Shown here piece after piece: positions 50,741 to 62,258 of a stretch of 64,000 bases of DNA. The notes under the pieces were generated by a model. The model was not told the origin of the DNA. It saw nothing but the letters and a program-made list of their open reading frames with translations, and searched no databases. The position numbers and the translations under genes are program-made. Position 1 is the stretch's first letter; every line of letters begins with the position of its first letter. Source of the stretch: the human T2T-CHM13v2.0 reference genome, Homo sapiens; NCBI GenBank assembly GCA_009914755.4, contig CP086569.2, positions 10,240,001 through 10,304,000 on the forward strand, in the 5' to 3' direction.

Positions 50741-51960
50741 GACAAACTTCCTAACCTGCCAGAAAGATGGGAAAATTCACATTAAGGAAAAAAGGTCTCC
50801 AACATAGGGAATCAGGAAATAATCTTCACTCAGGAAAGAGACTAGAAAAAGGGAACCCAGCCAATGGAGTCACGGAAAACCCCACTCAGGGAGTAGCTAG
50901 GAAAAAAGATATTTAGCATAGAGAATCAGGGAAAAAATCTTACTTGAGAATAGACATCCAAGAGGAAAATTCAAGCCAAAAATGTCAGAGAATAAGCCAC
51001 TCTTGGGCAGAAGGGTATACAACACAGAACCTAAAGGGATAATCTCAAACATGAAGAAAAGCTGACAAAAAAAGAGTTGCAGACTTGGAAATCAAGAAAC
51101 AATTTCCAGTCAGATTAGAGAGCAAGGCAAGAGAGACTTACAACCCCAGGGAGTCAGGGAATAATCATAAGAAAAGTGATAACCTGGGAAAAGAAAATGT
51201 CATGCTAGGAGACAGGGAATAATACCCAATAAAGAAAAAGAGCCAGGAAGATGAGATTTCCAACTAACGTATCAGGAAATAATCCTCAGAAAATTGGAAT
51301 AATCTGTAATAAGGGAAAAAAAGTTAAGAAAAACAAAACAAAACAAGAAAATGTCCATCTCCTGGAGTCAGACAGTAATCACTAGTAAGGGAAACATCAG
51401 GAGGAAAATACTTTCTGCACATTAGGAATAAATACCACTTGGGAAAGAGAGAGCCATAAGAAGGACTTCTACCTAAGAAAGTTAGAATAATCCTTATTTT
51501 TTTAAAAAAAGAGAGAAAGACAGCTTTAAAAGAAAAGTCAGAGTATAATCCCAATCAGGAAATTAGAGTCAGAAAGAAGAATTTTGAGCCCAAATGTCAG
51601 AGAAAAATTTCAAATCAGGAAAAAGAGAGAGCCAGGGAATAATCTTCAATCATGAAAAGAAGTAGAAAAACAGTCTTTCATCACAGAGATCATTTAATAT
51701 TTACCTCAGAGAAAAGAACAAAGGGAAAAAAAGAGGTTCAGTCCAAGGATTCAGAGAATAATACCAGTTTAGGACAGGGAGCCAAGAAGTGACTTTGAGC
51801 TCAGAATCACATGAGAATTGTTCTCATTTAGGAGAGCGAGAGACAATCAGGTAGTCAGAAAATTTTACCCATTAACAAAGAGACCAGAAAGAAGAGATAC
51901 CTAGCCAGAGAGTCAGAAAAGAGAACTAATAAGAAGTGACTTACATAATAAAATAACAAC
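50740..51960. repeat. Purine-rich degenerate minisatellite / tandem array (about 55-60 bp unit; recurrent ..GAGCCAGG..AGTCAGGGAATAATC(T/C)TCA..AGGAAA.. motif); unidentified
   Basis: Variants of (a/g)tcagg(g/a)aataatc recur at about 50812, 50925, 51113, 51205, 51270, 51365, 51420, 51480, 51545, 51600, 51640, 51745, 51800, 51850 and 51900. The strand is more than 70% purine and lacks CpG. Confidence 0.7.
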
Positions 51961-52107
51961 AACAAAAGGACAAAGATGGCTGCTAGAGTCACTCAAGACT
52001 CACCTCCTCCACAAAGAAGGTCCAAATAGCAAATAGATGACTATGCACTGAATTGAACATCTTTGGGAGAATGCTGGAATTCAGCAGGGAAGTGACTGTG
52101 ACTCTCT

Positions 52108-52908
52108 TGGGAAAACTGGCTAGCCATATGCAGAAAACTGAAACTGGATCCCTTTCTTACACCGTTTACAAAAATCAACTCAAGATGGATCAAAGACTTA
52201 AATGTAAGACCTAGGACCATTAAAATCCTAGAAGAAAACCTGGGCAATGCCAATGAAGACACAGGCATAGGCAAAGACTTTATGTCCAAAACACAAAAAG
52301 CAATGGCAACAAAAGACAAAATTGACAGATGGGATCTAACTAAACTAAAGAGCAAAATAAACTATCCTCAGAGTGAACAGCCAACTTATGGAATGGGAGA
52401 AAATTTTTGCAATCTCTCCATCTGACAAAGGGCTAATATCTGGAATCTACAAAGAACTTAAACCATTTTACAAGAATAAAACAAGCAACCCCATAAAAAA
52501 AGAGCAAATGATATTAACAGACACTACTCAAAAGAAGACATTTATGCAGCCAACAGACTTATAAAAAATGCTCCTCATCAGTGGTCATTAGTGAAATGCA
52601 AATCAAAACCAAAGTGAGAGACCATCTCACTCTGGTTAGAATGGCAATCATTAAAAGTCAGGAAACAACAGATGCTGGAGAGCTTGTGGAAAAACAGGAA
52701 TGCTTTTACACTGTCGGTGAGAGTGTAAATTAGTTCAACCATTGTGGAAGACAGTGTGGCAATTACTCAAAGATCTAGAACTGGAAATACCATTTGACAC
52801 AGCAACCCCATTACTGGGAATATACCAAAGGATTATAAATCATTCTCCATAAAGACACGTGCACACGTATGTTTATTGCAGCACTATTCACAATAGCAAA
52901 CACTTGGA
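52108..52908 (+). mobile_element. LINE-1 fragment (ORF2 C-terminal portion and 3' UTR start) that is truncated on both sides; its 3' truncation point directly abuts the ERV internal sequence
   Basis: gggaaaactggctagccatatgcagaaaactgaaactggatccctttcttacaccgtttacaaaaatcaactcaagatggatcaaagacttaaatgtaagacctag... ...gcactattcacaatagcaaacacttgga. Confidence 0.9.
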
Positions 52909-55900
52909 CCCCCAAAAAATAAGATGAAGAAAGGCACCATGCGGTCAAGTTAGTGAGTAATCACTAAGTCATTGGTCTGCACTCGAGGTCACCACGTTCT
53001 GGCGGAAGTTCATTCAAGCTGAGTTTTCATTATGGGACAACAGTTATCAGCACCACAGAAACAGTATATAAAACTATTGAAGCAGCTGCTTAGGTCTAGG
53101 AGAGTTTCAGTTTCACAGGTTCAATTAAGGAAATTATAAACTGTGGTCACATATAATCCGTGACTTCCAGAAGAAGGAACCCTACACGTAGAACTGTGGC
53201 AACAAGTAGGGAGAAATCTTAAACAATATTATGCACAGGGGCATCAGGTCCCAGCATCAGCTTTAACACGATGGGCTTTACTAAGGATGGCTTTAGTCCC
53301 ATTATACACAGAAGAGCCTAAAAAGGAGAAGGAGGGAGAAAGGTGACCTGCCTTATCACCTCCTTTTCCCTCAGTCCCACTATCACCGGGATAAAATAAC
53401 AAAAAGTAAATGGAGGGTTTGCCTGACCCCCTCTTACTATAAGTAGAAAAAAAGACAAGAAACGTACTTCAGCTATGGGACCTTGTCTTAAACAAGCAGC
53501 ATTAGAAGGAGAGTTCTTAGCCTGTCCAGTAATGCAAGACCGACATGGTAATCAAGTATATGAACCCGTTTCCTTTCACACTTACAAATAACTAAGAAAA
53601 AGCATTAAAGAAAACGCTCCCACTAGACCATTTACAAAAGGAATGATTGAGGCCTTAGCAGACCACTTCTGTATGGCCCAATGGAACTGGTCAATTCTGG
53701 CTAAAGCAACTCTGGAGCCTAGCCCATACCTCCTCTGGAAGGCAGAATATGATGAGCTGTGTGAACAAGAAGCCAACCAGAATCAGGCGGCGGGGCAAAA
53801 TATAACTGCTGATAAGCTCCAAGGGAAAAGTCCTCATGCTGATGTACAACAACAACTAAATTTTGATCCCCAGGCCTATGATCAAGTGTCTTTGTGTGCT
53901 CTCAGAGCTTGGGACTGAATTCCCAAGAGCTGACTGAGTTCAGCAGGTGTCTTTCGTAAATATTTGACAAGGGCCTCAGGAGCAATTTGTTGAGTTTATG
54001 GATCACTTAATTCAGGCAATTAAGAGGCAAATCAGTCACACCCAGTCCACTCCTATCTTATTGTTGCAGTTGGCTTTCAAAAACATTAATGTGGATTGCC
54101 AGCAGGCAATGCAGGCAATCAAAGGAAAGGCAGGCACCGTCAGGGAGCTGATATAAGCATGTCACCTGGTAGGAACTGAGACAAACGAGGCCAGAATATT
54201 AGCTATGGCATTAAGGCCTCCTAAAGTGAGAAGGGAGAGAAAGCAAAATCATTTTCTATGTGGAGTGAAAGGTCATGTGAAGAGGAAATGCCCCCATAGT
54301 AAAAAGCAAGCTAACTCAGGGAAAGGACCCTTTTCTATATGTCCTGGATGTAGGAAAGGGAGACGTTAGGAAAATCAATGCAGGTCTAAATTTGATAAAA
54401 ATAGCCATCTCATAGGAAATCAGTTGGGAAACTTCATGAGGGGACGGCCCCAGGCCCCACTCCCAACTGGGGCAATGCCAACAGCTTTCCTCGGTTGGCT
54501 AGAAAGCCCACAGTCCTCTCTCTCAGAGCAGTCACTACTGGGAGTGCATGACTGGACTTACTCTGCTCTGCCAAATTAGTGCTACAAGAGGAAGAAGGCC
54601 CTGCAAGGGTTGAGACTGGGATCTGTGGCCCGCTGCCTCCAGGAACAGCAGGATTATGCCTGGGGCAGTCTAGCCTATCTGTAAAGGAATTAATGTGCTC
54701 CTTGGGGTAGTTGATAGTGATGACCAAGGTGAGATATTGGTTATGATGGAATGTAAAGGTCTGCATGTTCTTCCCCCTGGATCAAAAAATAGCTTAGTTA
54801 AAGATTTTACCATGCTGGGTCCCTAATGCCCATGAGAAGGAAAGGGGAAAGTGAAGTTTTGGAAGCACAGGAGCATATTGGAATCAATTAATCACTGATC
54901 AGAGATGCATGATTACCTTAAAAATTGGTAATAAGAATTTTACTGGCTTATTGGGCACAGGGGTGGACATTTCAATCATTAGTGATCAGAACTGGTCAAA
55001 AATCTGTCCTTGGGTCACTCAGAAACAGAAAACTGTCAGCAACAGGAAAGCATACACAGCCAAACAGAGCACATGCCCCTGAACCTGCTGTGATTCAGAA
55101 GGAAAAAAGGCATTATACAACCTCTGATTGTGCCCATCCCTGCTAATCTTTCAGGATGGGACCTATTAGCCCAATGGTGGGGCGGGGGGGCACTCTGCAG
55201 ACCCCTTTCTAACAATGGCCACTCTTGTTATTCCTCCACTACCTCTGACTTGGATGTCTCAACACCTGGTCTGGGTAGCACAGTGGCCTCTGAAGGGAGA
55301 GAAATTACAGGGAACTCATGAGTTTGTTGAGGAGCCATTAAAGGCTGGACATCTTGAACATTCTACCAGCCCCTGGAATTCGCCTATTTTTGTCATTCCC
55401 AAAAAGTCTTGGAAACAGAGGTTTTTAAATGACTTACATGATATTAATGCTAATTTACAGCCCATGGGACCCCTTCAAAAGGCCTCCCCTCCCCCACAGT
55501 GATTACTCAAGATTGGCCTATAATTGTTATTGACTTAAAAGATTGCTTCTATACCATTCCTCCAGCAGAACAGGAGAGAGAGAACTTTGTGTTTACAATA
55601 CCAGCTGTCAATAATGAAAAGTCAGCTTGTCAATTTCACTGGCAAGTGCTTCCTCAAGGAATGCTAAATAGTCCTACCATGAGTCAGTATCATGTTAATC
55701 AAGCTCTGCTCCCTAGTAGAAAAGAATTTCCTGACTGTAAAATTATTCATCCTATAGATGATATTGTACTAGCAGCCTGAACAGATCAATACTTTTACAT
55801 TTGTTTACCTCTGTCCTAAAGAATACACAGCTGAGAAGTTTAGTCATTGCACCTGGAAAACTACAAGTGTCCAATGTCCTCTCCTTGGAAATACCTTGGA

Positions 55901-58900
55901 TATCTGTTAACCTCCTGGTCAGTAAGACCTCAAAAGGTTAAACTAAGTACTAGCAACTTATACACCCTAAATGATTATCAGAAATTACTGGGTGATATTA
56001 CCTGGCTCCATCCCATTTTGGGAATTCCTAAAAATAAACTACAAAACCTGTTTTCTATCTTAAAGGGCAATCCAGCTCTTGATTCTCCCAGATATTTAAT
56101 CCCTGCAGCAAAAAGAGAAATCGAGGAAATTGAGCAAGCCATCTCTGAGAGACGGCTAGATCGCATTGATCCATGGTATTCAATTCAGTTGTATATCTTT
56201 CCCAGCAAACACTCCCATGCAGGGTTACTAGGACAAATGACCCCTGGGCTACGTTTCCTACAATGGTTTTTTGCTCACATAACCGAGACTAAAATACTGT
56301 CTCCCGATATTCAGTTAATTACTAGAGTCATCTATTCAGGTTGCAAACGTTGCAATCATTTACTAAGTTATGACCCTGATGTCATCAGGATCCCTTTAAA
56401 AAGCAATTAGAAGCAGGATTACCTTTGTCAATACACCTGCAAATAGCTTTCTCTGATTACACAGGGCAAATAGAGCACATCCTCTCTGCTGATAAACTCC
56501 TTCATTTCTTATCTCACACTCCGACAATATTGCCTATAAAAATAATTTACTCCCCCATGCATAATCCTTTAACACTGTTTATCAATGGGTCGGCTAAACA
56601 TGGAAAAGCAGCAGCCTGGAGACCCCAGAATTCAATCACTCAATCTGGGTTAACTAGCACTCGGAGAGCTGCAACTGGGGCTCTGATTTTGGCCTTAGAA
56701 ACTTTTTCCACTCAGCCCATAAATATAGTTAGTGATTCTGCATACTCACTTCATTTATTACAAAAGTTTGAAACAGCACTGATTAAGTCCACTCTGGAGC
56801 CAGCCCTGTTTACTCTTTTTCTCTGACTTCAGCAATTGCTAGATCAATGTGCACATCCTATTGTTATTACCCACATGCGAACTCACAGCTCACTGCCTGA
56901 TCCGTTGGTTTATGGCAATGAACAAGCTGACCTTCAGGTTATGACATCACTGCTAGACCAAGCCACTCAATCACATCCATTTTTCCACCAAATATTGGAG
57001 AAACTTATCTAAACAATTTCAAGTAGCCCAGAGACTGGCTAAACAAATTATCCTACAATGCCCAGATTGTCAACTCACAGGCACGTCCCCTCCTTCTAGA
57101 GATGTGCACCCTAGAGAATTGGAAACTAATCAGTTGTGGCAAACAGATGTTACAGACATCCCTGAATTTGGGAAGCTAAGATATGGCATGTATCCCTTGA
57201 TACCAACACTCATTTAATTAGTGCAGATGCTTTGCCTGGAGAGCCTACTCGAAATGTCATTAAACATCTTCTTTTAACTTTTGCATTTATGGGGTGACCC
57301 ACAAAAATTAAGATGGATAATGGCCCAGCTTATACCAGCTCAAAATTTAAAAAAAATTGTGACACATGCAATATTCAACATTCCACAGGCATCCCATAAA
57401 ACCCCCAAGGACAGGCAATAGTAGAACATGCACACTTCACCCTTAAAAATATGGACAAAGAACAGAAAAAGGGGAATATAGGTAAGGCTCCTGCAACACT
57501 ACTGGCACAAGCCTTATTTACCCTTAATGTTTAAAATTTGGTGTCAAATTGCAATCAGCTATAGAAAAGCACTTTGCTAAAACCTCTCAAGGCATAAAAC
57601 CTGCAGTTTTATAGAAAGATGTAAACAGTAATGAATGGTGTGGTCCTAGCAAATTATTAACACTGGGGAGACGGTATGCTTGTGTTTACATTCCATCAGG
57701 TCCTCTTTGGATTCCAGCATGAGGCATCAAACCATACCATGGTGTAGCTAGGATCCAACCCAGTACCAGAATTGAAAGAGTTAACCCTGCAAGACCCACA
57801 GTTCTAGAGGATGCGGCTTCCACAGACAACACAGCCCTGGACATTAGCTGGGGATGCTGAAGAGGACAACTCAGGAGACTGAACAAATCCTGCTCTGGAC
57901 ACAGACACCATTTACTCCAGATAATTTTTTTCTTGCTATGCTTTCTATTGTACATTGGGATTCATATAGGGTATTGATCCTTTTTATCCTCTTGCTTTGT
58001 CTGCAACCTGTACCTGCTACACTCTATTGGGCTCATATATTAGGCCCACTTTTCTTTCACCCTGTCACCTGGGCAGACACTCCCTTCCCAGTCTACAATA
58101 ATGTGACCGCTTGGCAAGGAAGGATAGAATTACCCCCCAGCAGGGTCCCTCAATAATGGCAAACATTGGACTAAGGTGCCAGATAACACTACATATCACT
58201 CCACTATCCTCCCACTGCATGTAAGTTATAAAGGCTCTAACCCTTACTGCGTACCTGGCCAAAGACAAGTATGGCTACATCATGGCAAAGAAAATGCCTT
58301 AACATTTTTAGCTATAGGTAGCCTCAAACTGGGCAATGCAATCCATGCTTCTTTCCCAAGTAGTCCTTCCTGTGCCAAAGAGCAGAGCTGAGAGAGTAAT
58401 GAATTTCACTTTAGCTGTGAAGTCGGTCATGGGAAACAAGCCTATAGCCTCCAGTTTAGCAATTAAAACATTTTAGACTGGAGTCCCCATGGCCAATTGC
58501 AGGGCAGCCTTACAAATGTCTTTGACCATCATAGCATTAATCACTGTTTCATAGCCACTTCTCGTTCCCCTCTAATTTGGGCTGATGGGGAGATGGGATA
58601 TCCCCAGATCCCAAGTAAAGTCCATGCCAATCCAAGGCATGTTATGGTGCCTGGGACATCTTAGTACCTACCTTAACACCTGCCATGGGAGATAAAATAA
58701 TTCCAGCTGCAACTACACTATAGTCTTTATTCATATTCACACTGATCAGTGGCTGGTTTGCACTACCCATCCATATGTTTTGCTTATGGGAACTAACATT
58801 TCCATTACCACTGGAAACTCCACATTTATGACCTGGGTGCAGGGACAGGCTTGGTTTGCCTCATGTATCACTAGTCACAATGTATCTAAATTAAAAACTT

Positions 58901-59600
58901 CTAGTGTCATGGTATTAAGGAGACAATCTGAGGCATTTCTACCAGTCAATCTGACAACTGATTGACAAGCTGCCTCTGCCCTTGTTACCTTAGAATGTGC
59001 CCTGTCCCAGGTCAGACACAAAAGATTCACATTTACACTTACGGCCTTTATAGTCTCAGCCATAGGCGTTCTGGCAATGGCTAGTGTTGCTGTTGCATCT
59101 ATAACTGAATCAGTACAAACAGCTGCTTTTGTAGATAATCTGGCCAGAAATGTAAGTAATGAACTTCTCTTACAGTAAGGGAAGAATGTGTGAGAGAGTG
59201 ACAAGATGCACTAGCATTCTGTCAACAGTTAAACTGTGACTGGGAACATAAACACACTTGTGTCACTTCTCTACCATTGAATCAATCAATGCATAGTTGG
59301 GATGAGGTGAAACAACACCTCTGGGGCAACTTTCATAACAATTTAACAGCAGATATGAAGCAACTTAAAACTAAAATTTTGGAATCTGTTCACACCTTAG
59401 ATCTGCAGACCCAACAAACAGCCATGTGGAAGGGTGTACAAGATCATCTCTCCTAGTTCCATGCTCACTCCTGGGGGACACTCTTTGACTGGAAAAAAAT
59501 TTTGCTAATTATGCTCATGTTTGTCTTATGTTATTTGCTAATCCTAGGATGCAAAGTCTAAATAAGAGCAGTGACTGCCTCATCTGAAAATCCTGTGGCT
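52909..59600 (+). mobile_element. Endogenous betaretrovirus-like provirus remnant (HERV-K superfamily / class II ERV; HML group not determined). Internal region gag-pro(dUTPase)-pol-env, all reading frames broken, no 5' LTR present.
   Basis: gag starts at the ATG at 53032 (MGQQLSAPQKQYIKLLKQLL...). The capsid region ..LCALRAWD resembles HERV-K ..ICLRAWE. The CCHC knuckle CGVKGHVKRKCPHSKK is at about 54270, and ..CRSKFDKNSHLIGN resembles HERV-K CRSKFDKNGQPLSGN. There is a dUTPase-like TTGSA motif and a degenerate protease LLGTGVDISIIS at about 54,540-54,990. RT motifs are [21 protein letters not shown] and PIDDIVLA (ORFs 55215..55502 and 55499..55780). RNaseH reads FINGSAKHGKAAAW..TSTRRAATGALILALE (ORF 56425..56826). 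The integrase HHCC motif reads THMRTHSSLPDPLVYGNEQAD and the core GQAIVEHAH at about 56,860-57,450. env TM reads FTFTLTAFIVSAIGVLAMASVAVASITESVQTAAFVDNLARN.. and ends ..LLILGCKV* at about 59,560. Confidence 0.88.
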
Positions 59601-59659
59601 GCACATATCTGTGCTCTGCAATCAAAAAACCCTAATAAAGAAAACAAAAATGGAGAAAT

Positions 59660-60235
59660 GTTGGGATTCATTCAGGATGGTCGCAGAAATATTAAAGGGA
59701 AATATTAGGAAAAGTTCTAGGGAATAGTCACAAAACTTTTGGATGGCCAAAAGGTCACATAGCTTGTAATAATTGAGCAGGCTGAAGGCAGCCAGTTCTT
59801 ACCTTAGAATATTAGGTCATAGGGTAAATATGAGGGACAATAGAGGCTTCCCTAGATAAGTCTGTTTATCCTACCTCCATCAACTAACTTTTGAGCCAGA
59901 CAGCCCTCTCAGAAGGAGGTCAACCAAGGGTATTGCCCCCTAATGGTATTTACTTTAGACCAGGGTACCTGAGCTTTAATTATTCATAGAACTGCTGTCT
60001 TAACCATGTTTATTATCCTCAAGTGTATTTACTCAAGGCTTCTGTTGGTCGTTGTATACTAAATCAATGCCTGGAGTGCCAGCTGCTCAGGGCTGGCTGC
60101 AGTGACAAACCTTTCTTGGTGTGCAGGCGGTCAGATACAGCAGGACTGGCAGAACAGAATATCTTTGTATCAGTGTACATTTTATTCATCCATCGTTTGG
60201 GTCAGGACCCGCAGGCAGACCCCCACAGCTAATGC
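59660..60235 (+). mobile_element. Probable 3' LTR of the ERV; boundaries uncertain
   Basis: It lies directly after the env stop and an A/G-rich PPT-like stretch (ttaaagggaaatattaggaaaag). It is a non-coding, CpG-containing segment (ctcaaggcttctgttggtcgttg.., ..gtgcaggcggtcagatacagc.., ..gggtcaggacccgcaggcagacccccacag) unlike the flanks. I could not match it to a specific LTR family by eye. Confidence 0.35.
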
Positions 60236-61916
60236 CCTTTTGTGAGGAGGAATAACTCAGTTAGGAAACTCAAACTACTGGTAGTTCAACTCAGGGTAGT
60301 TGAGTTTGAGTCCCACTAATTTAGAGAGAGTAGACAAAAACCTTTGGCTTCCTATTGAAATTGCAGAAGGGATACACTTCAGGAAGAAAATCTATAAGCC
60401 AGGAATAAAGAATTCAAAATGAGAATAAGGATAAGATCCCAACAATCTCATCCTAATAAAGTATAAGACAAAGGTTCTACAACATCTGTATGACTAGCCA
60501 ACAATTTCTGCTAGAACAAATGCCAGCCTTTTTCAGAGAAAGAAAATAAATCCATTCTCTAAACATGCAACTGCAATTCACAGAAAAATGTTGTTACGTA
60601 TACAAAGAAACAAGAGCATATTGAGATAGGAGAGATAAATAAGAAGTCAGACTGCTCCATGACCCAGATATTGGAATTAACACACAATTAAAACCGTGTG
60701 TTCAAGGACTTAAAAGATAAAAAGGCTGTATTAGCAGAGAGAATTCAATATCTGAGAAATTTTAAAAGTGGATGCTTTTAGCAAGACTTGGAGAAGAAAA
60801 TAAGTAAGGTCAATGTTCAAGAATGTGGTAAGCAGTATGGCTTCTAGATGCTAGAAAAAATAAAGGGAATGACTCTCTGGTAGAGACTCTAGAAGAAATG
60901 CAGCCTTGCCTACACTTTGGTTATAGTTTACTGGCCCCGTTTCAGACTTCTGACATCCATAGCTGTGAGAAAATAAAGTGTAATCTAAGATCTGAAGAAA
61001 ATGAAAGTGTCAGTCTGAGAAGACTAACAGAAAACAGTATGGGAAAAAAGCAAAGGGGAAAAGCTGTGAACCAAGACAGAACTTGAAAACATGGGCAACT
61101 TGAATCAAATATTATTGACTCTGGAATAAGGGGTGGGCCTGAGATATGAGGTTAGAGCATTGGAGAGCAGGCACACCATGAGGGCCTTGTGGATGCTGGT
61201 AAAGCAAGTAGTTACTTTCTGAGACATATCCTCCACAAACACATTCCTTAAGAAGAGTGACTTAATATAATTTATATTTTTAAAAAAGGGAGTATTACAG
61301 AGAATAAATTTGAGAAGGCAAGAGTGAGAAGGTGTTAAATTTTAGGAAAGCTATTTCAGTAGATGAAGCAAAATATAATCGTGGCTTGGATTTACGGTGG
61401 ATATTTAGAGCAGAGCATACTTTGATTGGGGATATTCCGAAACTAAGTTTAGCAGGACTGAATTATGGATTTGATGTAAAGCTTTAAGGAAGAAAGAAAT
61501 TGAGGATAACACTTTGGTGTTTTGTCTTGAGTGTTCGATAGTGGCTTACAGGTTTTTAGCAGTGAATGCCACTGTTAATAAAAGACTCAGTTGGAAACTG
61601 ATGATGGGACTGCCTGAATGCAAAGCTCCTGTTTTTTACAAGCTGAAAAATCATCCCTACTTGGTCCCAGGATTTCTATATATAAAAAATAAAAAAGGAA
61701 AAAAGTTGTGAAACCAATATGATTTATCTCAGTTTTGTAATTCTCTGAGACTTTTACTCAATTCCTTGGTCTGCAAATCAAAAAACAAGAACTGAATTAA
61801 TGTATATCCAATTTGTTACCCAAATGTGTTCATCTAACAAATTCAACACTCACACACACATTGACATACACATAGCCAAGAAATAATGAAATATATTGTA
61901 AAGTACAAGAACTTGG

Positions 61917-62258
61917 GGCTGGGCATGGTGGCTGATGCCTGTAATCCTAGCATTTTGGGAGGCTGAGGTGGGTGGATCACGAGGTCAGGAGTTCAAGACC
62001 AGCTTGGCCAAAATGGTGAAACCTTGTCTCTACTAAAAATACAAAAATTAGCTGGGAGTGGTGGCGGGTGCCTGTAATCCCAGCTACTCGGGAGGCTTAT
62101 GCAGAGAATTACTTGAACCCTGGAGGTGGAGGAGGATGCAGTGAGCTGAGATTGCACCACTGCACTCCAGCCTGGGAGAGAGAGTGAGACTCCATCTCAA
62201 AAGAAAAAACAAAACCAAACCACAACAAAACAAAACAAAACAAAAAAAACTTGAAACC
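61917..62258 (+). mobile_element. Alu (AluY/S-like), plus orientation, with a (CAAAA)n-type tail microsatellite
   Basis: ggctgggcatggtggctgatgcctgtaatcctagcattttgggaggctgaggtgggtggatcacgaggtcaggagttcaagaccagc ... gcactccagcctgggagagagagtgagactccatctcaaaagaaaaaacaaaaccaaaccacaacaaaacaaaacaaaacaaaaaaaa. Confidence 0.9.

Noticed and set aside
59660-60235. Calling the post-env segment confidently as a named LTR family with exact ends
   Set aside because: I could not recognise the canonical TG...CA termini or match the segment to a specific LTR consensus from memory. It is kept only as a low-confidence 'probable 3' LTR'.
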